A stretch of 64,000 nt of DNA from an uncultured delta proteobacterium (lineage in GTDB: Bacteria > Myxococcota_A > Polyangia > Polyangiales > Polyangiaceae). The stretch spans positions 1,088,001 through 1,152,000 of the forward strand of contig CAVOKF010000005.1 of assembly GCA_963696385.1 (NCBI GenBank), written 5' to 3'. Positions 19,400 through 28,874 of this stretch are shown in pieces. How positions within the stretch are numbered: position 1 is the first letter of the stretch; every line of letters begins with the position of its first letter. Both the position numbers and the translations under genes were made by a program. The notes under the pieces are model-generated. The model did not search any database. It had not been told where the DNA came from and worked only from the letters and a program-made list of their open reading frames with translations.

Positions 19400-21215
19400 G
19401 AGCCTTTCCCTTCCGCAGCGACGCGGTCGTTGCCGCTCCTTGATCGCGCTTCTTTGAACCGTTGTCTTTTTTCTGCCCGTCGGTCAAGGCGATGACGCCA
19501 CCCTGGGTCGACGATGGCCCCTCCCCACGCGGGAACACTTTCTCTATCACGAGCTGCTGGGTGATTCCGAGCACGCTGTTGGTCAGCATGTAGACGCCCA
19601 GAGCGGCTGGCAAAAACAGCATCATCACTGTAAAAATGCCCGGCATCAGCCAGGTCATCATCTTCTGCTGCATCGGATCCATCCCCTGTTGCGGGACGAT
19701 CCTCTGCTGCACGATCATGGCCACCCCCAGGACGAACGGCAAAACGAAGTACCGGTCGGGCGCGGACAGATCCGAGAACCACAAGAACCGGGTGTGGAAG
19801 AACTCCACGGCCGTTTGAAGCGTGGCATAAAGCGCAAACCAGATGGGCATCTGCACGACGGCTGGGAGACACCCACCGAGCGGGTTGACCTTGTTCTTCC
19901 GCCAAAGCTCCATCATCGCGAGGTTTTTCGCCTGCGCATCGTCCTTGAATTTCAGGTTCAGAGCGTCGATTTCGGGCTTGAGCCGACGCATCGCAATCGT
20001 GCTCTGAATCTGCTTCCAGGTGAGCGGGAACAGTGCGAGCCGCAGGCCGATTGTGAGCACGATGATCGCGAGTCCCCAGTTGCCGAACGTCACGTGGGCA
20101 TGAATCCAGGCGATGATCGCGACGAGCACCTTGGCCACCGGCGAGAAGGTGCCGAGGTTGATGAGGTCTCCCAAACGAGGCCAACCGCCGGCGGCCTTCG
20201 CGAGCACGTCGCGTTCCTTCGGGCCAAAGAAGGCGATTTGGCGATAGGTTGCTGACTCGTGGGGCGCGAGCGTCCGGGGCAAATACGCGAGTCGTGCGTG
20301 GTAGATGTGCCCCGCTTGGTCGTCGTCCGGCCGTTGGCTCGCGCCGTACCACTGCTCCGCCAGGATGCCGCACGCTGGCTTCTCCGTGCCGCTCCCGGGG
20401 TTCGCCTCCAGCGGGGTGAGCGCCTGGGCGAAGTAATAATTGGCGATCGCCGCGTACCGATCGTCGAGAGGTTCCTCGAACCAGAACGGAGGACTTTTGA
20501 AAGCGTCGTCGTCCTTGGCCTTGCGCTTGACGTCGCCGTCGCGGGCGCACTCGAGGGTCGTCAGAAATGGCGATACGCGTCCGAGGCGGCCCTTCACCTC
20601 CGCGTTGGTGCGCCAGGCGAATGCCTCGATCGTCGTCGCGTGCCTTTTCGGAACGTCCGCCAAGTTCGTTACCGTCGTGTCGACGTTGAGCTCGAAGGGC
20701 CGCTCGCTCGCCGAAAGGCTCTTCACGATGAGAACGGTGTCGTCTTCATAAGTGAAGCGGCAGCGCGTCTCCCCCTGCTGCTCGACCTTCCAATCGAACC
20801 GATCGTATTTCACCTGCTCGTCGGGCAGAGCCGGCTCGCCCGGGTTCGTTCGAAAGGTCGTCCTCAAGTTGCGCCAGCGCTCGATGTCCGGCGTCGTCGA
20901 CATGTCGCCGGCCTGTGTGCCGGCGTAGCGAGCATCGGTCAAAAAGAAATGGGTCAGCCCGGCGCCGCGCGACGAGGCCTCCGCGCTAAAGCGCTTGCCT
21001 GCGATAGTGCAGCGGGTGCCTGACGGCGGCGGAGCAGGCAGCGGATGGCCTGGCACGGCGTCGATCACGTCAGGCGCAAAGCCCGGCGCGTCGACGAAGC
21101 GCTGCGTGGGAAAGTCCTGGGTCTGCGGGCCCGACTTTCGACCCACCAAGAAGTAATATCCACCCAACGCGATAGCGGCGTAGACGATCCAACGCAGGAG
21201 CGAATTGCGATCCAT
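19392..21215 (-). CDS. yidC: Membrane protein insertase YidC
   Basis: FFGPKE, GNWGLAIIVLT, NPLGGCLP, QMPIW, DLSAPD, YMLTNS. Confidence 0.96.
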   Translation of the reverse strand: MDRNSLLRWIVYAAIALGGYYFLVGRKSGPQTQDFPTQRFVDAPGFAPDVIDAVPGHPLPAPPPSGTRCTIAGKRFSAEASSRGAGLTHFFLTDARYAGTQAGDMSTTPDIERWRNLRTTFRTNPGEPALPDEQVKYDRFDWKVEQQGETRCRFTYEDDTVLIVKSLSASERPFELNVDTTVTNLADVPKRHATTIEAFAWRTNAEVKGRLGRVSPFLTTLECARDGDVKRKAKDDDAFKSPPFWFEEPLDDRYAAIANYYFAQALTPLEANPGSGTEKPACGILAEQWYGASQRPDDDQAGHIYHARLAYLPRTLAPHESATYRQIAFFGPKERDVLAKAAGGWPRLGDLINLGTFSPVAKVLVAIIAWIHAHVTFGNWGLAIIVLTIGLRLALFPLTWKQIQSTIAMRRLKPEIDALNLKFKDDAQAKNLAMMELWRKNKVNPLGGCLPAVVQMPIWFALYATLQTAVEFFHTRFLWFSDLSAPDRYFVLPFVLGVAMIVQQRIVPQQGMDPMQQKMMTWLMPGIFTVMMLFLPAALGVYMLTNSVLGITQQLVIEKVFPRGEGPSSTQGGVIALTDGQKKDNGSKKRDQGAATTASLRKGKARV

Positions 21216-21221
21216 GAGATC

Positions 21222-21506
21222 TCAGTCCGCCGCGTGCGCGCGTAAGGCGGCCTCGGATGGCGGTGAAGGGTGTGAGCTCGAAGTGAGCCGGGGCGAGGGG
21301 GCAGGGTCGTAGCCGCCGGAGTGAAACGGGTGGCACTTACACAGCCGGCGGATCGAAAGCAAGCCGCCCCGGACGATGCCGTATGAGCCAATGCACGCGG
21401 CGGCGTAATGCGAACACGACGGTTCGAAGCGGCACGCCGGCCCGAGCAGTCGGGAGAGCGTCTGCTGATACACGCGGATGAGCGCGATCACCATGCGAGC
21501 GATCAT
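21222..21506 (-). CDS. yidD: Membrane protein insertion efficiency factor YidD
   Basis: IRVYQ, CRFEPSCSHY, RLCKCHPFHSGGYDP; ATGA overlap with rnpA. Confidence 0.93.
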   Translation of the reverse strand: MIARMVIALIRVYQQTLSRLLGPACRFEPSCSHYAAACIGSYGIVRGGLLSIRRLCKCHPFHSGGYDPAPSPRLTSSSHPSPPSEAALRAHAAD

Positions 21507-21937
21507 GGTTTTTGGGTCCGAATCATGTCGTCGAGCCCAGGATGGTCCGGTCCCTGCGCGCGCGCCAGCGCTTCCGTAGCGCGCTTTTGCAAGAGCCGCT
21601 CTACGGAGCGCCACTCCGCCCGAACGGCTGCCAGGCCAAGCTTCTGCGCGCCCGGACGGGCGATCACGACCACATCGACGCCCGTCGGGATCAAATCGGA
21701 CCACGTTCGAAAGCACTCGCGGCACAGGCGTTTGACGCGGTTGCGCTCGACCGCGTTTCCGACCTTTCTCGAAACCACGAGCCCGATGCGCGACGCTGCG
21801 AGCAAGGGCCCCGACCTCGACTGGGCGGCCAGAAGGAGAATGAAGTGCCCGGTCGTGACCCGGCGCCCCATACGCTGGGCGCGGACGAACTCGGCGTGCC
21901 TCCGCAGTCTCCGATGGCGGTCGAACGCGAGCGCCAT
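21503..21937 (-). CDS. rnpA: Ribonuclease P protein component
   Basis: RLRRHAEF, RIGLVVSRKVGNAVERNRVKRLCRECFR, DVVVIAR. Confidence 0.95.
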   Translation of the reverse strand: MALAFDRHRRLRRHAEFVRAQRMGRRVTTGHFILLLAAQSRSGPLLAASRIGLVVSRKVGNAVERNRVKRLCRECFRTWSDLIPTGVDVVVIARPGAQKLGLAAVRAEWRSVERLLQKRATEALARAQGPDHPGLDDMIRTQKP

Positions 21938-21956
21938 CAAAGTGCCGGCGCGGCGA

Positions 21957-22106
21957 TCACTTCTTATAGATCGTCGGAACGAGGCGCTGCCGTCCCTTGC
22001 GGCGGCGATTGGCGAGAACCTTGCGGCCGCCACGGGTCGACATGCGGGCGCGAAAGCCGTGCGTGCGTGCCCGGCGAACGTTGTGGGGCTGGTAGGTGCG
22101 CTTCAT
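21957..22106 (-). CDS. rpmH: 50S ribosomal protein L34
   Basis: Manual translation [49 protein letters not shown] (49 aa; below the ORF-track cutoff). Confidence 0.97.
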   Translation of the reverse strand: MKRTYQPHNVRRARTHGFRARMSTRGGRKVLANRRRKGRQRLVPTIYKK

Positions 22107-22337
22107 GACGGTCGATCTGGAAAGGTTTCGAAGCAGAGCACCTCGGGCCCCTTCCGGTCAAGCACCGTGGCCAACAAAAGTGAGACGGGTTGTCGTCGCA
22201 GGTGACCGGTTTCGCCCTCAACGCGCCCCCGCCGGCAAATCCGCCCCGCTTGGGGCCACCGGTCGTGCGGCGTTTCGACGTCCGCGTTCCGCCCGCGCCC
22301 TGTTCGACTGGGGTGCGATTGTTCTACTGTTCCTGAG

Positions 22338-24159
22338 GTGCCAGCGAAATTGACGCCGCCCTCTCCATCGACCGCCAGGACGGCGTACGGCCATTGCATC
22401 GGCGGGGCATTCCTCGCGTTCGCCGCCGTGGCTCTTCCGGCTCGCGCGCAGCAGCAAACGTTTCACCTCGATCGGCTTGAAGTTCCAGGAGCCCCCGACG
22501 ACGGCGTCGTGATCTTCCGCCCGGTCACGGAAGAGCGTCCGACGTTCTACGCCCAGTTGGCGCTCGGTTTTTCGCTGGATCCCCTTCGCACGAGCGACAT
22601 CACCAAGAACGAAGCCGCCCAGCACGCGTCTGCACCCGACGTCGTCACGACCCAGCTGTCGACCTATCTGTCGGCGGGGTTCGAGCTCTTCGATCGGATG
22701 ACGGTCGGCGCCACATTTCCTGCCGCTTGGATTGAAACGGGCAACCAGCCCAACTACCCGGTCGGCGTCTTCGGCGGCAATACCGCCCCGACCGCGTTCT
22801 CGACGACCGGCCCTGCTCTGGGCGACACCCGATTCGACCTGCGCTTCGTGGTCTGGCGAAGTGACGTCGCGGCCCTCGGCGCCCAAGTCAGCGTGTTCGT
22901 TCCGACCGGGGCCGGATCGTCGACGAATTTCGGCGGCGACGGCTCTCAACTCGAATGGATGCCGATGGTGTCCGGTGAATGGACGCCTCGGAGATTCCCG
23001 CTGCCGTTGACGTTCGTAGCGAATACCGGGTTCGACTTCCGCCACGACAATTCCATCAATGATCCGGTCGGGTACGGCGGTCTGCCAAGCGGACTCGGCA
23101 TCGGCGATGAATGGCGTTGGGCGGTCGGAGCCTTGATGCCCGCCCTGTCGCGACGCGTCCGGCTCGGGCTCACGATATTCGGGCAGACAGGAATCAAGAG
23201 CGACTCGATCATCGGCGACACTGCCTTCACGGCTCAAAACACTCCCATCGAGTGGAACGCGGAGGGTCGGTTCAAGCTCCCGTCCTTCTTCGAGATCGGT
23301 CACTGGTTCGCTGGGGCCAGTGTCGGGACGCGCATCACCGGAGGTTATGGCGCCCCGGATCTGCGCGTGGTCGCCCTCATCGGCATGAGCTTGCCCATCG
23401 AGGAGTCAAAGGCGTCGTCGCCGGAGGCGCGGCTGCGCGAAAACATTCGCGGCTCGCTGAAGGACACCGACGGCGATGGCATTCCGGATGAGCTCGACGC
23501 TTGTCCGACCCAGCCGGAGGACCACAAGGACCCCGATCCGATGGACGGTTGTCCGAGTTTGCCCGATCGCGACGGCGACGGCATCCCGGATGAGTACGAC
23601 AAGTGCCCGGACGAGGCTGAGGACAAGGAAGGCGTCGAGGATGCCGATGGTTGTCCGGAACGCGACTCCGACGGCGACGGCATTCCGGACGCGAAGGATG
23701 CGTGCCCACGGGAGCCCGGCGAGCCGGACCCCGATCCCAAGAAGAACGGCTGCCCCGAAATTCATCCGCTTGGAGGGCTCGGCGGTTCGCGTTCTGCAGC
23801 AAGTGCACTTCCAGACGGCGTCGGCCACAATCCTGCCCGACAGTTTTCCGATGCTTCACGAAATCGCTCAGCTGCTAAAGGCCAATCCGGACATCAAGAA
23901 GGTGCGGATCGAGGGGCACACGGACAATCACGGCGCAGCCGCCTACAACCTGGACTTGTCCAAGCGCCGCGCTGCCAGCGTGCGCGAGTGGCTCGTCGAA
24001 CACGGGGTCGAGCCGGATCGTTTGGAGAGCGAAGGGTACGGCCTCACGCGGCCGATCGCGTCGAACGATACGGACGACGGTCGCGCTCAGAACCGACGTG
24101 TCGAGTTCAACATCCTGCAGCAAGGCGCGGAGGGGGGTCACGGCGGCTCGTCCCCCTAG
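22338..24159 (+). CDS. OmpA-family outer membrane protein (barrel-like N-terminus, 3 TSP3-like repeats, OmpA C-domain); +1 frameshift at 23753-23756
   Basis: Signal peptide ending ARA-QQ; DxDGDGIPDxxDxCP repeats; IEGHTD, YNLDLSKRRA, GYG, NRRVEF in the next frame; removing one C gives NGCPKFIRLEG. Confidence 0.88.
23463..23756 (+). repeat. Three TSP3-like calcium-binding repeats (coding)
   Basis: DTDGDGIPDELDACP, DRDGDGIPDEYDKCP, DSDGDGIPDAKDACP. Confidence 0.8.
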
Positions 24160-25340
24160 AGCCCCTTGGGCGGCACTCGTTCTTGCCGTGGCGTCATCGG
24201 CTGGCGACGTCCTGGCTCAGGGCGATTCGGTCGACGGCGCTCCGCCCCCCCCTTGGGCGAGCGCCTCGTCGTCGCCCGTGCCCGTTGATGATGCGTCGCT
24301 CGCCGATCTCGAACGCCAAGCGTTGCATCGATGCGGGCCCGGCGACGCTGGGCTCGTGGCCGCCGCGCGATGGATCGTGGCGCAGAAGCTGCGCGGCGCA
24401 CCGATGCCGGAGCTCGATGCGATCGCGTTCGCGCAACGCGCATCGGGCGAGCCTCACCCCTGGTCTCGGGCGTGGGCCGAAACGGCGCGCGTCTTGTCGC
24501 CGCCCGGCGCCCTCCGGGGGCTGGATGAGTGGCTCGGCCAACGGAGTCGAAATGCCTTGCGCCGGTGTGGGGCCGCGACGGGCGCTGGACCGGGCGGCAC
24601 GCGGACGCTCGCCGTCATCGTCGTCGACGCCTTGGCGGATTCTGACTCCGCTGCCGACCCGGGTTCGCGTGGGACAGTGGATTACGGTGGACGGCCGGCT
24701 CCGCACCCACGCGGATGGAGCCAAAGTCATCGTGCTCGGGCCGAGCGGAGCGCCGCAGCCGCTACCGACGTCGTTCGACGGGGCGGTGCTCCGCGCTAGC
24801 TTCGCGCCCGACCGGGCCGGCGAGTTTGCTATCCAGGTGATGGCTGACCTACCGACGGGCCCGCGCCCGGTGCTCGAGGCAAGCGTTTTCGCCGACGTCG
24901 ATCCGCCGCGACGCCAATCGGACGCGGCTGCCCCCGGAGAGGATCGCGCCGCGTCTCTGTCGGACGATGCCGCGATCGCCGAGATGGTCGGGGCGGCCCG
25001 CTCGTCCGCCGCGCTTCCGAGCATCGTCCGCGACTTCCGTCTGGACGCCCTCGCGCGCGACCACGCTCGCCGGATGGCAGACGGGCAAGAGCTCGCGCAC
25101 GATGTCGGCGACGGCGACCCGATCGATCGCATGCGCGGGGCCGGACTCGACGCGCGCGATGCCGGCGAAAATGTCGCTCATGCCCGCAACGTGCTCCTCG
25201 CTCACCGCGCGATGTGGGCCAGTCCTTCACACCGCGCGAACACCCTACGCAGGGAATTCGACCGCGCCGGGTTTGCCGTGGCGCGCGACGAGCACGGTGA
25301 CGCGTGGGTCGTCGAATTGTTCGCAGGCGGGCTGCGGTGA
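24160..25340 (+). CDS. Exported CAP/SCP-domain protein; +1 frameshift at 24640-24641; start uncertain
   Basis: Hydrophobic N-terminus WAALVLAVASSAGDVLAQ; CAP motifs LARDHARRM, LAHD, GENVA, WASPSHRAN, WVVELF; removing one T gives DALADLTPLPTR. Confidence 0.75.
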
Positions 25341-25371
25341 CTCCCCCACGGCTCTCGGAGACGGCCGATGT

Positions 25372-25488
25372 TCACCGCCCCGTTCGGGAGCGCCTGCGTT
25401 CTGCCCGATAGCCGATGGCAATGCCTGCGCGCAGTCCTAGAACGAACGCAGCGATCACCACCAAGGCGACGTCCAGGGCCGGCAGCAT
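25372..25488 (-). CDS. Small (38 aa) single-pass membrane protein
   Basis: MLPALDVALVVIAAFVLGLRAGIAIGYRAERRRSRTGR; ATG overlaps the upstream stop (TGATG). Confidence 0.45.
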   Translation of the reverse strand: MLPALDVALVVIAAFVLGLRAGIAIGYRAERRRSRTGR

Positions 25489-27059
25489 CAGTTGATCGTG
25501 AAGCTCTTGCGGACCTTGAACGGACTTCCGCCGAAGGCCGGGACGCGCACACCGCGGAAGCGGGACGCGACGCAGGCGCCCGTCGGCGTACCCTCGAACG
25601 GCGGCCCGTCGATCACCGCCGATTGAACGGTTCCCCCCGGCAGGAAAGTGACCAGGACGTGGCCCGTGCCCGTCACGTCGCCCCTCTTGCACGACTGGGC
25701 ACTCCCGGCAACGGCGCCCAGGCGGCCTTTGGCTTCACCCATGTTGAACGGCTGATCGGATTCGGGCGCGGCCGTGGCCTTTATCGGCGGAGCCGCCTCT
25801 CTCGCACTCGGAGCTCTCGCTTCCTTGGTCCCCTCGAGGGCACGAGGCGCAGGCTCTTCCTTCTTCGACGCGGGGGTGGCCTCCCCGGGACCGACGGGTT
25901 CGGCACTGGCGACGGAAGTCGGTGCGGCTGCCGGCGGGGTGGGCAACGCCGCTGGCGGGGCGGCAGCTTGTGGCGCCGACGCGCTGGCGCTTGTCTTTTC
26001 GGGATCGGCGGCCTGGGCGCTCTTGTGCATCAGCTGCATGGCGCCGCCGACCGCGACGACGACCACCAGCGCACCCACGCCGAGCGCGATGGAGATGAGG
26101 CCAAGGCGGCCCTTGGCCCCCGGCGCCAGGCTGCCCCGGCTCGCGTTCCCCGGAACGTCGAGGGCGGGGGCCGACAGAATCGGCGCCGTGAGAGCCGGCG
26201 TAAAGCCGGCCGAAAGATTCATGATGTCGTCGAGGCCGCTGCTCCTCTTCGGTGCGTCGCCGCTCGAAAATTTCGCACTCAGCTGACGGATGTCGATGAG
26301 GCCGGACGCCTCGGAGTCGACCCGAGCGGCGCTCGGTGGTCGGTCGCTCTTGCCCGTCAGCGTCGAAAGCGAGAAGAGAACGCTGTTCTCGTTGCGCGCC
26401 CCTGTCAGCTTCTGCGCGTCGTCGTGCTCGTGCGGCTGCGGCAGTCTCGCGGGGGCGCTGGTCATCACTTCGTCTTCGCCACCGGCCCGGGCAACCGCTC
26501 CAAACAGATCGGCGACCGGCGCGCGCCCGCCGGCACGCCGCGCCGCGAGAGCCGTGGGGGCGGGGCCGTCCGTGGCCATCGAAGTCCCGTGATCGGCCCA
26601 CTGGCCGTGCTCGGCCGTTCGAGGCGCACCGGCGTCCGGAGACATCGCGACGTCCAACACGTCGAGAGCGGGCCTCGAAGCCGCTCGCGCCGCGGTTCGG
26701 CAAGCCGCTTGCAACCCGGGAATTTCGCGGAGCGGCGCCCAGTCCGCCATTCCGTCTCTCCAGCAGTACGTTTCGTCATCGACAACGCCCGCGACAAAGG
26801 CGGCGACGATCTCGTCTTCCTTCATGGTTCGCTGATCGCCTTCCGCTACGTTGACGGTCCAATCGTCTTGCGACGGGTCGACCGGAGCGCCCGCGCCGTC
26901 GGCCAGATGGCTCGGCGATCCTGCGCCCGCGGACGGGTCCGCCCCATTGACGACAATCGTGGATCCGCACTTCTTGCAGCGTATCTTGACGATCTTTCCG
27001 AGGACTTTTTCGTCCGCGATTGTGTATTTGGCCTGGCACGCCTGGCACGTGATCTTCAT
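25488..27059 (-). CDS. Zinc-ribbon/GYF_2/TM/TonB-C-like protein (GltJ/AgmX-like architecture)
   Basis: MKITCQACQAKY...IRCKKC zinc ribbon; ETYCWRDGMADWAPL; TM LISIALGVGALVVVVAVGG; Pro/Ala linker; C-domain CK...VTFLPGGTVQSA...GACVASRF...PAFGG. Confidence 0.8.
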   Translation of the reverse strand: MKITCQACQAKYTIADEKVLGKIVKIRCKKCGSTIVVNGADPSAGAGSPSHLADGAGAPVDPSQDDWTVNVAEGDQRTMKEDEIVAAFVAGVVDDETYCWRDGMADWAPLREIPGLQAACRTAARAASRPALDVLDVAMSPDAGAPRTAEHGQWADHGTSMATDGPAPTALAARRAGGRAPVADLFGAVARAGGEDEVMTSAPARLPQPHEHDDAQKLTGARNENSVLFSLSTLTGKSDRPPSAARVDSEASGLIDIRQLSAKFSSGDAPKRSSGLDDIMNLSAGFTPALTAPILSAPALDVPGNASRGSLAPGAKGRLGLISIALGVGALVVVVAVGGAMQLMHKSAQAADPEKTSASASAPQAAAPPAALPTPPAAAPTSVASAEPVGPGEATPASKKEEPAPRALEGTKEARAPSAREAAPPIKATAAPESDQPFNMGEAKGRLGAVAGSAQSCKRGDVTGTGHVLVTFLPGGTVQSAVIDGPPFEGTPTGACVASRFRGVRVPAFGGSPFKVRKSFTIN

Positions 27060-27115
27060 CGGGACGTCGGAGTTTACGTTAACACGACGGCGAGAACACG
27101 ACGACCAAGCCGTTG

Positions 27116-28795
27116 TCAGTTGAGCAGGACGAGCTGCGTGCCGTCTTTGCCGCAGAACGCCGCAGTCCCATCGAATCGCCCCCCGCACGTGGGACAGATC
27201 TTGCCGCGCGCCGACGCTGGGGGCGTACTGAGCATGGCGGCTGGTACGAGATCGTCTCCGTCATGTGGGCAGGTTCGCACTCCTGGGTTGTATCCCCGAT
27301 GGCAGGTCGGGCAGATCCCGCCGACGGGCCCGGCCGCAATGTCTTCGTGGCCGGCTACCGACACCAGTCGATTGGCGTCGAAGGGACAATACGTAGAACC
27401 GGCCACGAACTCGCGGTGGCAGGACGGACAGAAGAGGGGTCCGGTGGGCCCGAGCCCCGCCGCAGCCGCATCCGCCGTCGCCTGTTGAGCGAGAGCCACG
27501 CTTTCGACGTGCGCCCGGGCTTGGACGGCTTGACGCTCGTCGCGCTCTCTTTTCAGACGGTGGTACTCGCGCATTCGATCCGCGTGACGTGCCTGGGCTG
27601 CCCGCTCGAGGCGACGCGCTTTGCGCCCGCGAAGCGCCCCGAACGCTGCGACGATGGCCAAGATCAGTGCCAGACCCGTGACAATCAAGATGAACAGGAT
27701 GCGTCGCTCGCGCGCTCCGTCTTGGGTTCTGGCCCCGGACGCGCCGAGTGATGTCGTCGCCAACGCGACGACCGATGGTTCGTCGCGTTCGCCGTTGGGG
27801 TCAAGGCCGGACTGGGCGAGCAGCGCCTCGAATTGGGCCGCTGAGGTGACTTCCACGGAGGCTCGCGCACTTCGGCCGGCCGCCGTGGCGATGACGTCGA
27901 ACTTCGCGTCCGTGACCGAGCCCAACGGGACATTCAGGATTCCGGCCGAATCAATCGACGGTCTCGACTCCGCAGTCTTGGCGTTTTCCGCCCGGGGTGC
28001 GCCGACCGACCACTGGATGACCGTGTCCGTCGGACAGCCGTTGGCGTCGAGCACCCGAGCGCGGAAGCGGTAGTTTTCGCCGAGGCGCAGAAGCTTGCGG
28101 GAGGGTCTCACCTCGAGTCGAGCGGGCTCGCCTGGCACGGCGCACGGGTCCTCCGGCGATGCGGGTGGGGGACTGGGGCCCGCGGTGCGCTCGATGTGGG
28201 TAGCAGGCGCGGCACTCGCCAGGGCCGCTACAGGCGGAGTCGAACTGCGCGTAGCAGGGAGGCCTTGGGAGGGGGCGACGTGCGAGAGCGAGGCGGAACG
28301 GGTCACGTCTGCGACGCAGTGAGCGCCCTTGATGGTAAACTCGTAGCGTCCCGTCTCGGCCATGGCGACGGAGCCTGCGCCCGTAAAAAAGTAAGCCGTG
28401 TTGACCACCGCGTGTCGAGCATCGCCAGGCGGCGTGGTGCAGCGCGTTCGCCATGTGCGTCCGTCACTCGAGTGCGTTTCGGGCGCCAGCGTCGGCATCG
28501 GGTCGACGCATCGATCCGTACGCAGAGATTGGCTTCCGACGGCAATCGTGATCTCGCCGCGATCGGTTCGGAGCGTCGCCTCGCCGCCCGGCAGCAGGGT
28601 GCGCGACACGGGCGGAGGTCCGCATGCCCCGCTCCATTGTTGTACGGTAAACGTTTCCGTAACGGGCGTCATCGACCACGCTCCGTCGAACGGCGATCCG
28701 TCCGCGCTCTCGGCGCCCGACCGATCCGCGCAAAGCATGAACGCCAGAGCGAAACAAGTCGCCAGCGCAAGAGCACCGAACTGCCGAAAGTTCAC
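27116..28795 (-). CDS. Type I membrane protein: exported Cys-containing/Ig-like region, TM, coiled coil, three C-terminal zinc ribbons
   Basis: Signal-like N-terminus from GTG 28795; TM ILFILIVTGLALILAIVAAFGAL; three CPxC-x10-CxxD units. Confidence 0.7.
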   Translation of the reverse strand: MNFRQFGALALATCFALAFMLCADRSGAESADGSPFDGAWSMTPVTETFTVQQWSGACGPPPVSRTLLPGGEATLRTDRGEITIAVGSQSLRTDRCVDPMPTLAPETHSSDGRTWRTRCTTPPGDARHAVVNTAYFFTGAGSVAMAETGRYEFTIKGAHCVADVTRSASLSHVAPSQGLPATRSSTPPVAALASAAPATHIERTAGPSPPPASPEDPCAVPGEPARLEVRPSRKLLRLGENYRFRARVLDANGCPTDTVIQWSVGAPRAENAKTAESRPSIDSAGILNVPLGSVTDAKFDVIATAAGRSARASVEVTSAAQFEALLAQSGLDPNGERDEPSVVALATTSLGASGARTQDGARERRILFILIVTGLALILAIVAAFGALRGRKARRLERAAQARHADRMREYHRLKRERDERQAVQARAHVESVALAQQATADAAAAGLGPTGPLFCPSCHREFVAGSTYCPFDANRLVSVAGHEDIAAGPVGGICPTCHRGYNPGVRTCPHDGDDLVPAAMLSTPPASARGKICPTCGGRFDGTAAFCGKDGTQLVLLN

Positions 28796-28874
28796 GTGAG
28801 CGGGGGCCGAGCCTAGCAGAGTCGCGTCGTCGATTGGCCAATCGAGGGGGCCATTATGGTACGCTCGGCTGCGC

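Noticed and set aside
22107..22337. Replication origin next to rpmH
   Set aside because: No dnaA, no DnaA boxes found and no AT-rich unwinding element
22338..25340. 1000-aa ORF that looks like an OM barrel-TSP3-CAP fusion
   Set aside because: Chimera caused by two +1 lesions; the middle is off-frame junk while the real OmpA C-domain and CAP N-terminus lie in other frames
27270..27432. CPSCH and CPTCH as c-type haem motifs
   Set aside because: They lie on the predicted cytoplasmic side, each pairs with a downstream CxxD, and the third repeat has CPTCG, which fits zinc ribbons
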